Positions 27,380-35,032 of a stretch of DNA of 64,000 bases are shown piece after piece. The stretch is taken from positions 186,001 to 250,000 of the IMG/VR virus record IMGVR_UViG_3300042350_004528, one strand, 5' to 3'. The notes under the pieces are model-generated. The model was given only the letters and a program-made list of their open reading frames with translations, was not told the DNA's origin and ran no database searches. The translations under genes and the position numbers were made by a program. How positions within the stretch are numbered: position 1 is the first letter of the stretch; each line of letters starts with the position of its first letter.

Positions 27380-27435
27380 AAAAAAACGGCTCCATTTCTG
27401 GAACCGTCTCTTCACCACTAAATCAAAAACAAAAA

Positions 27436-27702
27436 TCAATACTGGTAGTATGTGTATTCAATTGTGTCCCCCACCCTGTAACGGGCATGTTGAGGATCAA
27501 CTGTAACTGGAGCTGTGCTGTCCCAGAATTCATATCGGTAGCGCTTCTTGTAATTCAGTGTTGTTGGATCGTACTGTTCGATCGTGTCAACTTTCTTAAT
27601 CACATGTGGCACCACATGAATTGACTTCGGTGGTCTCTGGACACACCCTGTCACCAGGACAGTGAATACAAATATTAGTTTACGCACCTTTGGTAAATAC
27701 AT
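27436..27702 (-). CDS. Putative lipoprotein (start uncertain)
   Basis: LIFVFTVLVTGC lipobox. Confidence 0.65.
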   Translation of the reverse strand: MYLPKVRKLIFVFTVLVTGCVQRPPKSIHVVPHVIKKVDTIEQYDPTTLNYKKRYRYEFWDSTAPVTVDPQHARYRVGDTIEYTYYQY

Positions 27703-27913
27703 CTGGGTTTTCAAAATCAGTTTCAGTATCCAGAAACATGAATGAATCCTCCAACTCCTCATCGGTGAGTTTAACATCTTCCGACAAAGAATTCAGAAAG
27801 TCCATTGCTTCCCGTTTGCTGTTGAAATACTTGTAGTCTGTGTTGTCCTCATTCATAAGGTACTCCAAACCATTTAACGATATGCCCTCAATGGGTCTTC
27901 CAATTATTATCAT
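27680..27913 (-). CDS. Hypothetical protein, 77 aa
   Basis: GRPIEGISLNGLEYL; leaderless-type start. Confidence 0.82.
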   Translation of the reverse strand: MIIIGRPIEGISLNGLEYLMNEDNTDYKYFNSKREAMDFLNSLSEDVKLTDEELEDSFMFLDTETDFENPDVFTKGA

Positions 27914-27991
27914 ATGACAAAGGTAATTTAAATTTATTTAATATGCAAGAAACTGGGGAAGTTTTTTTCTCCCCCAGTTAATTTTATTACA

Positions 27992-28837
27992 TTATTCCCA
28001 AGGTGTATCAAAGTTATCGAATGGGTTTTCTGGGAAGCAAGAGTTCTCATCATTCCATTCTTCTTCCGAAATTACATTTCCGTCCTCACCAACATAAACT
28101 CTTTGTTCAACATTGTAGTTATATACAACGCCATCCAAAACATATTCTGGTTCACCCTCCGCTAACATAAGTTCACCATCCTCGCTGTAAGCACAACCCG
28201 CGAACCAGTTTCCAGTTTCCATAAACACCAGTTTGAAGTTCAAGTTCGGAAACATTTTGATAACTTTTCCCAACCAGTTGATTGGTGGCGACCAGGCGGA
28301 GTTGAAGTTAATTGTAATATAGTTTTCGTTATCTGTATCGAAACCCATTTCCTCTGACGAGCAATCCCACTTTGTTCCCCAGTTCATAACATTCCAGTCG
28401 TACCAGTTGTCAGTCCCATACTCTTCAATAAGAGCCTCTCGCTTCTCTTCTGTACCATTGGCACATTCAATTAGTTCTGGAATTTCAATTGGTATCTTTG
28501 CTTCATTCAATTGGTTGTTGATGAAGTCCCTGTCGGTTTTGTCTGTGGTCTCCAGAAGTTTTTTCTCCAGATCAGCGATCAACTCTTGTTGTTTCTCGAT
28601 ACGATTTTTTGCGTGGTTCACATCCCACTCGTTCACCCATTCACAATCACGAGGTGGTGATATGGTTCTGGAAAGTGGTTCTGGTGTCGGTAAGTAGTTC
28701 GACATTCTCCAGACAAGTTCTGTTTCACCTGTTTTGCTGTAACGCACAGGTTCTTCGGTAATTCCCATTGCAAGGAATTGTTTGAATTCTTTGGTATCAC
28801 CCGATACCTCTAAACGATTTTCGCACCAGTTTGGCAT
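27992..28837 (-). CDS. YubB/DUF1281 ferredoxin-like domain protein
   Basis: MPNWCEN, WYDW..NWGTKW, FNSAWSPP. Confidence 0.82.
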   Translation of the reverse strand: MPNWCENRLEVSGDTKEFKQFLAMGITEEPVRYSKTGETELVWRMSNYLPTPEPLSRTISPPRDCEWVNEWDVNHAKNRIEKQQELIADLEKKLLETTDKTDRDFINNQLNEAKIPIEIPELIECANGTEEKREALIEEYGTDNWYDWNVMNWGTKWDCSSEEMGFDTDNENYITINFNSAWSPPINWLGKVIKMFPNLNFKLVFMETGNWFAGCAYSEDGELMLAEGEPEYVLDGVVYNYNVEQRVYVGEDGNVISEEEWNDENSCFPENPFDNFDTPWE

Positions 28838-28979
28838 AGTATATTGTTTTTGATTTCGAGAGCAAATATACACCATATATTTTTAACTCGCAAACTTTAT
28901 CACAAAAAACTTTTTTCATTTTTATTTGCACATTAAATTTATTGCACTTATCTTTGTGTCGAAATCAAAAATAAAAATC

Positions 28980-29723
28980 ATGTTTAATCTAGGGTACACG
29001 TACAAGAAGCCTACCACACTGTTTGGTACGCAGAATGCAAAGACAAAGAAAGGTGAAAAACTGGGGTATACAACCTATATCCTGTATATGTCACCAGAAA
29101 AACAAAACACGCTTGGCAAGAACATTTGCCCGAAAGCCACAGCAGGCTGTTCGAAGTCATGTCTCTTCACAGCGGGTCGTGGCAAGTTTAGCAATGTCAT
29201 GAAAGGTCGTCTGAATAAGACTGAATACTTTCTTCGTGACAAGGTGAACTTCATGGACGATGTTGTTAAGGAAATTAAAAAGGGTATTAAAAAACATGGT
29301 GCGGGTGCAATGTGCGTTCGTCTCAATGGTACCTCTGATATTCCTTACGAGAACATTCCAGTGGGTGGTTTTAAAAATGTCATGGAAATGTTTCCTGATG
29401 TGCAATTTTACGATTACACAAAGATCTATTCAAGGTTGACAAAGCAATTGCCTGCGAACTATCACCTTACCTTTTCCAGGGCGGAGACAGAGGACAACCA
29501 ACGCGAAGCGGACAAAGCACTCGCACTTGGTTTCAATGTCGCTGTTGTTTTCGCTGTTAAGGACGAGACAGAACTTCCCGCTGAATACAACAATGCAAAG
29601 GTTATCAATGGTGACGAGCACGATCTTACTTTCTTACATGGCAATGGTGTTGTCGTGGGGTTGAAAGCAAAGGGTGAAGCAAAGAAAGATGATACAGGTT
29701 TCGTAGTAAGGGGTTGTAACTAA
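28980..29723 (+). CDS. Gp88-like phage protein (Cys cluster, radical-SAM-like)
   Basis: CPKATAGCSKSCL, RLNGTSD, FYDYTK, NYHLTFS, GLKAKG. Confidence 0.78.
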   Translation: MFNLGYTYKKPTTLFGTQNAKTKKGEKLGYTTYILYMSPEKQNTLGKNICPKATAGCSKSCLFTAGRGKFSNVMKGRLNKTEYFLRDKVNFMDDVVKEIKKGIKKHGAGAMCVRLNGTSDIPYENIPVGGFKNVMEMFPDVQFYDYTKIYSRLTKQLPANYHLTFSRAETEDNQREADKALALGFNVAVVFAVKDETELPAEYNNAKVINGDEHDLTFLHGNGVVVGLKAKGEAKKDDTGFVVRGCN

Positions 29724-29784
29724 CCCCTTATTTTTTTTTGCATTCAGACTTGCAAGTTAAATTAAATTCATATACCTTTGTCAT

Positions 29785-30102
29785 ATGAAAGCAAAACAAA
29801 ACAATTATCCAAAGTTTATCATCCGTTGGAACGGTCGATTCCATAAGGGTCTGATAACCGAAGACTTCGTCTTCTACTGTAACTACCAGGAAGGAGATGA
29901 TAACGGCAATGTTGAGATGTATCGCAGGGTTGAATCTAACCCGCATGACAGGGACAACAGCGGGCTAGAATTGGTATCGAACAATTACTTTGCTAGCGTT
30001 GGTCTCTTCGAAGCGCTCGAGGCGGGCGTCTGGGAATACATCTCACCAACCATGAAACTGAATTATAAACTAGCAAAAGAAGCGGGACAATTCGATGAGT
30101 AA
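29785..30102 (+). CDS. Hypothetical protein, 105 aa
   Basis: Leaderless-type start. Confidence 0.8.
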   Translation: MKAKQNNYPKFIIRWNGRFHKGLITEDFVFYCNYQEGDDNGNVEMYRRVESNPHDRDNSGLELVSNNYFASVGLFEALEAGVWEYISPTMKLNYKLAKEAGQFDE

Positions 30103-30406
30103 GAAAGAAAGAAAAATATACGAGACCTCTGTAATATACAGAGGGTACCAGACATTTAAACTGTGCTGGGCCACCTCATATGCTGAAGCTGCCAGGATCT
30201 TGGATGTGGCCCCTAGTTACCTTAAGAATTACGGCCTGTCTTATAAACGCGATCGGGATTTTGACTTCGAGGGTTGTTATGGGTATATCGATTCAGGTGA
30301 GATCATCTTTGGTGAACCAGGACGACCTGATCTGATGAGAAAACTTATGCCATGGGCGGAGTTGACGGAGATCGTTGATACTTATATTAAAGAGAAATAC
30401 GAATGA
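30095..30406 (+). CDS. Hypothetical protein, 103 aa
   Basis: Coupled ORF. Confidence 0.75.
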   Translation: MSKKERKIYETSVIYRGYQTFKLCWATSYAEAARILDVAPSYLKNYGLSYKRDRDFDFEGCYGYIDSGEIIFGEPGRPDLMRKLMPWAELTEIVDTYIKEKYE

Positions 30407-30768
30407 GACCAGAATTCAAGATATACAGGAATCTACACAGAGACTGTTTCAGTGTGATGAGATGGAACCAGGAGAAGAGAGGGTACCGTCTGTATCAGCA
30501 TGTCAAGGATCTAGAAGCTTACGGCGTAACGTTCAGGGTATCTCAGGCTGGACGGGCCAGGGTTCTGGAGACGAAGCAAAAGAATGTACATGCATTCGTA
30601 TGCTGCCAAGAATTCAAGCTTGCTTCTGGGGCCGCGAACCTGGGTGAGGAGATCTACTACAATCCATACAAGATGGAAACGTTCAGGATCAAGAGCTCGG
30701 ACGAATCGATTCTGAATGCAGATTCGGTTATCATGACGAATAATAAATGTTATTTAAATGTGATCTGA
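30403..30768 (+). CDS. Phage hypothetical protein, 121 aa
   Basis: YRNLH..FSV, KNVHAFV, YNPY. Confidence 0.82.
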   Translation: MRPEFKIYRNLHRDCFSVMRWNQEKRGYRLYQHVKDLEAYGVTFRVSQAGRARVLETKQKNVHAFVCCQEFKLASGAANLGEEIYYNPYKMETFRIKSSDESILNADSVIMTNNKCYLNVI

Positions 30769-30772
30769 ATTC

Positions 30773-31324
30773 ATGGGCGGAGATGAGAGAAGCGCGATAG
30801 AAGTGATCGCTGAATTCACGTCACCATTTGAGGATTCACTTAACGTGTTAATCCTAGGTGATCATATAGATGATCTTGAGGCTGCTGAAGTAAAGGCGGC
30901 GTTCGATCGAACCAGGAATGAATTCCTGAGTCTGCCATCGGTGGACGAGGAGAAGATGGCCCCGATCAAATATATTAAAATTAATACATCCGAATTTTTC
31001 AGGGGGAAGATCAGTAATAAAATTAAGAAGGAACCCTGTGTTGTATATCTGGATCACGAGCTCAGCAAAAATGCTTTGAACATCCTCACCAATAATAACA
31101 GTGAGGTGGATGATCTGGAGGAAATGCTTCTGGAGAAATATCTTTTCGGGATCAACCAGGAAAAATTTATTCTGGATCTCACCAGCTGTCTGGATGAAAG
31201 GATCGAACTTCTCATGAGTGCCATGGACGCCAGAGCTGGGGAATTCAATTATGTTCTGGTGGAAAAGTATCTGGCGATCTGGATATATGCGCTTGACGAA
31301 TTCGCCCCATTTCAGTTCGATTAA
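30773..31324 (+). CDS. Hypothetical protein, 183 aa
   Basis: ORF track. Confidence 0.75.
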   Translation: MGGDERSAIEVIAEFTSPFEDSLNVLILGDHIDDLEAAEVKAAFDRTRNEFLSLPSVDEEKMAPIKYIKINTSEFFRGKISNKIKKEPCVVYLDHELSKNALNILTNNNSEVDDLEEMLLEKYLFGINQEKFILDLTSCLDERIELLMSAMDARAGEFNYVLVEKYLAIWIYALDEFAPFQFD

Positions 31325-31386
31325 AAAAAAGATAAAAAAAGTTTCAAAAAAACTTGCATAATAAAAAAAGTTGTATTACATTTGTA

Positions 31387-31470
31387 GTCCTTAAGAGTTC
31401 AGGCCTGGGAGGCAACCCTTTCTCTCTGTTTTGTTTTTGATTTCAAAAAGTCCTCCCAGGTTCTGTTCTC
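31387..31470 (+). ncRNA. Putative small RNA 4 (hairpin with anti-leader loop)
   Basis: Array-type promoter 31353-31384 with no ORF; CCUGGGAGG(31404-12)/CCUCCCAGG(31452-60) stem; loop UUUUGUUUUUGAUUUC. Confidence 0.62.
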
Positions 31471-31609
31471 GAATTCAAGTTTAAGTTTCTACTAGAATTC
31501 AACCCCGTATAATTTTTAGAATTCATATTGCTGGATCTTCCAGAATTCATATCCGTAACTTTTTTAGAATTCATATATAAATAAAAAAGGTGAACCCTTT
31601 TAGAATTCA
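31471..31609. repeat. GAATTCA repeats at 24-bp period
   Basis: GAATTCA at 31471, 31495, 31519, 31543, 31567, then 31603. Confidence 0.9.
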
Positions 31610-31634
31610 CCTTTCAGTTTTTTTATGTATTCAC

Positions 31635-31892
31635 TTATTCGTCATCCGCTTCTTTCTTGCGTCTGGTCTTTCTGGTTGGTAAACCTCTTTTCTCACGTAT
31701 CCTGTCCCTGAGTTCCATCACCTTCAGGATGGCTGTGATCACCGCGATGAAAAGACCGAGGATCACACCGATCAATTGTAGGAGATCTGTTGCACTCATG
31801 GTGATTGATAACATTGATGATAATATTCCGTATTCAGGTTTTTTAGTTAGTGTATCCGTTAATTGGGTGATGAGTGTGTCCTTCATTTTCAA
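31635..31892 (-). CDS. Holin-like small membrane protein
   Basis: TM helix followed by very basic tail; ACTATTTAT upstream. Confidence 0.5.
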   Translation of the reverse strand: MKMKDTLITQLTDTLTKKPEYGILSSMLSITMSATDLLQLIGVILGLFIAVITAILKVMELRDRIREKRGLPTRKTRRKKEADDE

Positions 31893-32037
31893 TACTGTTT
31901 TTGTTTATTTTTTTGTATACAAATAAATAGTATGAATGAATAGAAAACGCCCGTTGTTAACTCGAATACATTATTTTTTTTTAAAAAAATTTGCACATTA
32001 AATTTTAATGTGTTATCTTTGATTAAATTAAAATAAT

Positions 32038-32331
32038 ATGAATGCAATAAATACAGCCTATACATTGGGTTTGGTCGCCATGTATTTTATCATGGGCGGA
32101 GAATTCACATTCTGGGTGTTCATGACCTCGGTCTTGATCGCACTGATTCCACTGACAACTTCGAACCTGTTATTCGCGACCCCGATCGTGGTTCTGATCT
32201 GGTGTTTCTTTTTCACCAGCAGTACAGTTTACGATTCCGACTTCGCGTGGTTATGCATCCTGTATGCACCCTTCCATTACACCTCATTCATATCCCATGT
32301 CATAGACGCCATCGAGGGCATTTTCGATTAA
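32038..32331 (+). CDS. Multi-TM membrane protein, 97 aa
   Basis: Hydrophobic; last array promoter 31990-32021. Confidence 0.78.
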   Translation: MNAINTAYTLGLVAMYFIMGGEFTFWVFMTSVLIALIPLTTSNLLFATPIVVLIWCFFFTSSTVYDSDFAWLCILYAPFHYTSFISHVIDAIEGIFD

Positions 32332-32409
32332 ATTTACGCCGTTTTTTTAATAATTTAAAAAAAATATATCGAAAACTGTCGAGGGGCTCAAATTTTTTTC
32401 ACTTGTTCC

Positions 32410-32462
32410 TGGGTGGGAAATGGGATTTTGTGGGGGTAAGTGGGGGATTGTGGGAAATAGTG
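32410..32462 (+). repeat. TGGG repeats at 10-bp period
   Basis: TGGG at 32421, 32431, 32441, 32451, plus 32410 and 32414. Confidence 0.85.
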
Positions 32463-32608
32463 TAAGTAACTGATTATCAGGTAATTCAGTGACTGTCAGT
32501 GAGTTATCTGAATGCACTCATTTTCAGTCAGTTGCGGGTATGTGTGTTTCTCGGCAGAATTCACATGGGATCCTGGGCAATATAATGTAAAATGAATGCA
32601 TTTTAAGG

Positions 32609-32905
32609 CTATTTAAGCGCACTTCGTGCTGCTGTGGTAGCCTCTATCATTTTATTGTATTCAATCCACTGAAGGTATGTTTTCTCCTCGAATACTCTGG
32701 TGTATTTATTACAGTTTTTCACTCCGTACTTCCATACAACCTTCATGATATTTTCATCCTCAGCCAGAGAGCTGTACCATGTGAGTATTCTTTTTTTACC
32801 CTTCATGTATACAAACTCATCTCCTTCTTTCAGACTGTGAATTCCATTCTCAAGCTCCTGAAGAATGAATACACCTTTCATATGATTCACTCTTATTGTA
32901 TTCAC
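32609..32905 (-). CDS. Hypothetical protein, 98 aa
   Basis: Last gene of the - strand block. Confidence 0.75.
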   Translation of the reverse strand: MNTIRVNHMKGVFILQELENGIHSLKEGDEFVYMKGKKRILTWYSSLAEDENIMKVVWKYGVKNCNKYTRVFEEKTYLQWIEYNKMIEATTAARSALK

Positions 32906-33132
32906 TTCTTCTGTACGATATCAATATATTCTTTTAATCTATTCGCAGCCCTCTGACTCGGTTTTCCATTCTCAACCGTGAACAAATACTTCTCAAAGAA
33001 ATACCTCAGCGCTTCCACGTCCGATAGTTTTGCATCTGGCAATGTTTCCTTGTTCGATTCCTTACATTCTCCTGTGCAAGATTCCCCACAACTGTAAAGA
33101 CATCCTTGCGTTCCTGAATAACCTATACCCAT
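32902..33132 (-). CDS. Hypothetical protein with Cys-rich N-terminus
   Basis: CLYSCGESCTGEC. Confidence 0.75.
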   Translation of the reverse strand: MGIGYSGTQGCLYSCGESCTGECKESNKETLPDAKLSDVEALRYFFEKYLFTVENGKPSQRAANRLKEYIDIVQKK

Positions 33133-33272
33133 ATCTTATTATTTTACATTGGATGTATTTCATTTATTATAGCTTTAACAAGTAATCCATAAGTTATAAT
33201 TAATGATATAACTATAATTATCTCAAATAGATTTTGCCACTTTTTTGGTGTTTTTCTTACCCACATAATTTT

Positions 33273-33551
33273 TTAATATTCGGTTATTGTATAATTGTTG
33301 CAGACGATGCGTTTAATTCCAAATCCATCCTTAAAGGTAATGCACCCGCTCTTTTCATCCCTGGTATATTCTCTGGTGAAATATGTCTCCATGGTTTGAA
33401 AATTGTTCACGCTTACCTGATACAAGGTTTCGTTTGACTTGACCCCCTTGTAAATAAAATATGCTCTGGAGCCCACCAAAGCAATCACGGCGATGATCGT
33501 GAATACCATAATCATCTTAATCAACGAATGTGTTCTGTCGTATGTTCTCAT
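33273..33551 (-). CDS. Membrane-anchored hypothetical protein
   Basis: N-terminal TM. Confidence 0.75.
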   Translation of the reverse strand: MRTYDRTHSLIKMIMVFTIIAVIALVGSRAYFIYKGVKSNETLYQVSVNNFQTMETYFTREYTRDEKSGCITFKDGFGIKRIVCNNYTITEY

Positions 33552-33568
33552 TGTTTTTATTTATTTTT

Positions 33569-33865
33569 TTAATCCATTGGAATCTCAAGAACTCTCCCCC
33601 CAGAAATATCAACCCAGGTTTTGCATACAATCAGATCCAATCCAATCATATAACCCCTGACATGATTATCTTTGCTGAACACCTTCTTCGCCACCCATGG
33701 GCCAGTTGGTTTTCCAACCGCAAGATATGGTTTTACCCAGATACCCAGTTCATATTCCTTTCTGAGTTTCCATACGGTGTAATTATCCATACCCTTGTTC
33801 TTCTCCCACCTGTGTCTCAACACAAAGGTCATTCTAAACCACTTTGTTCTTATTCTTCCAATCAT
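33569..33865 (-). CDS. Hypothetical protein, 98 aa
   Basis: ORF track. Confidence 0.75.
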   Translation of the reverse strand: MIGRIRTKWFRMTFVLRHRWEKNKGMDNYTVWKLRKEYELGIWVKPYLAVGKPTGPWVAKKVFSKDNHVRGYMIGLDLIVCKTWVDISGGRVLEIPMD

Positions 33866-33868
33866 CCT

Positions 33869-34117
33869 TTATTGTTTCATTCCATACACACCCATCACCA
33901 ACAACATCAAGATCAACCCAGCCGTCACCAACATTGATAATACGGATATCTTCTCGCTATCCTCAACTTGTTGTGGTGTTCTTCCTTGGTACTCCACGGT
34001 GTTATCCTTTGGTTTATTATTGTCAACCAGACTGCGAACCTTTTCACCCAATTCGGAATCATTTGGTGTCTCCCACACCATCTCCGTTAATTTCTTCATT
34101 AATTCTTGATTATCCAT
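33869..34117 (-). CDS. Membrane-anchored hypothetical protein
   Basis: PNDSELGEKVR; C-terminal TM. Confidence 0.78.
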   Translation of the reverse strand: MDNQELMKKLTEMVWETPNDSELGEKVRSLVDNNKPKDNTVEYQGRTPQQVEDSEKISVLSMLVTAGLILMLLVMGVYGMKQ

Positions 34118-34123
34118 GTGTTT

Positions 34124-34348
34124 TTATTTTTTATCTATTTTAATATTTTGACTGAAATAATATTTTCCGCAAGTATCAATAAACTCATCTCTGTATGGCA
34201 AACCAACCTTAACCCATTGAACCACCATGTATTCGCATTGGTTGTCACCAATATCTTTGATTCCAACAACCTCCCACGGTTTATTCGGGTCTGGTTGCGA
34301 ACAGGAAACCAAGAACAAAATTAATAACGATGCAAATTTTTTTGTCAT
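34124..34348 (-). CDS. Putative lipoprotein
   Basis: LFLVSC lipobox. Confidence 0.72.
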   Translation of the reverse strand: MTKKFASLLILFLVSCSQPDPNKPWEVVGIKDIGDNQCEYMVVQWVKVGLPYRDEFIDTCGKYYFSQNIKIDKK

Positions 34349-34358
34349 AACCAAATTT

Positions 34359-34628
34359 TTATTGTTTTACTTTTACCATATGATCGTTGAAACTATCCAC
34401 ATCCACAAACTCCCGCTCAAGATATTCAATCACCTCACGCATTGCCTTGGCATCATTGTCAGAACTCTTTATTGTCAGAGCGACTGCACCAGCCAGAATC
34501 ATTCTTATCTCATGAAGAGTTAATTCATCCTGTTCTTTGGGTTGTACAATATTAAAATAAGACATCCCATCCCTTCGTGTCATCTGAACAACAACCGTCC
34601 GTGTCGTTTCATCGAATTTACTGTCCAT
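34359..34628 (-). CDS. Hypothetical protein, 89 aa
   Basis: ORF track. Confidence 0.78.
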   Translation of the reverse strand: MDSKFDETTRTVVVQMTRRDGMSYFNIVQPKEQDELTLHEIRMILAGAVALTIKSSDNDAKAMREVIEYLEREFVDVDSFNDHMVKVKQ

Positions 34629-34804
34629 GTTTTATTTATTGTTCAAACGTTTTTGCTTCTCGTAATAAATCGAATCGTGCTTTCCTTTCCAAGCCACCCA
34701 TTGCACATCACCCCTCTTTATATCCCTGTGCGTTTTCCTCGCACCAAGATAACTCAACCCCACGATGAAACCAATTCCAATTTTAAACCATAGCGCTGCC
34801 ATAA

Positions 34805-35032
34805 TTATTTCCTTAAATGTTCTGGGTGAATGGGATTCTTGCAATTACCCTTATGTTCAAAGATCGCCCCCCTATCATAATCAGCAAAGAAATATTCACA
34901 ACCCTCAATCTCAACAATGTTTAATTTGGAATGTCCGTTGTTGATCACAATGTTTGTTTGTCTCTTCTCAACCGTTGATTGTGTGCAAGAAACCAATCCG
35001 ATTAAAATCACCGCAATTAATATCTTTCTCAT
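34805..35032 (-). CDS. Putative lipoprotein
   Basis: LVSC lipobox; EGCEY..HKGNCKNPIH. Confidence 0.8.
   Translation of the reverse strand: MRKILIAVILIGLVSCTQSTVEKRQTNIVINNGHSKLNIVEIEGCEYFFADYDRGAIFEHKGNCKNPIHPEHLRK

Larger units (their letters stand above)
339..32021. repeat. Dispersed promoter-repeat array: ~60-65 copies of a ~32-bp Bacteroidota-type promoter TTTG-CA(A/C)(G/A)TTAAATTTATTTCATT-TA(T/C)CTTTG
   Basis: Manual count: ~42 copies on - (339-18490), ~15 on + (18526-26014), and others at 10003(+), ~27918(-), ~28863(-), 28925(+), 29749(+), 31353(+), 31990(+). Matches the known Bacteroidota -33 TTTG / -7 TAnnTTTG consensus with 20-nt spacer; nearly always directly upstream of an ORF. 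Confidence 0.93.

Noticed and set aside
270-28979. Apparent protein family with N-terminus MQVKFISFIF / MHIKF in the ORF track
   Set aside because: Artefact of TTG starts inside the promoter repeat; true starts are the downstream ATGs. ORFs 270..533 and 777..977 are wholly spurious.
339-32021. CRISPR array interpretation of the ~32-40-bp repeats
   Set aside because: Intervals are about 150-1000+ bp and hold complete genes, the repeats are degenerate and match a promoter consensus, and there are no cas genes.
339-32021. Classical integron
   Set aside because: No IntI or other recombinase in the window, no attC R-box structure, and cassettes carry their own promoters.
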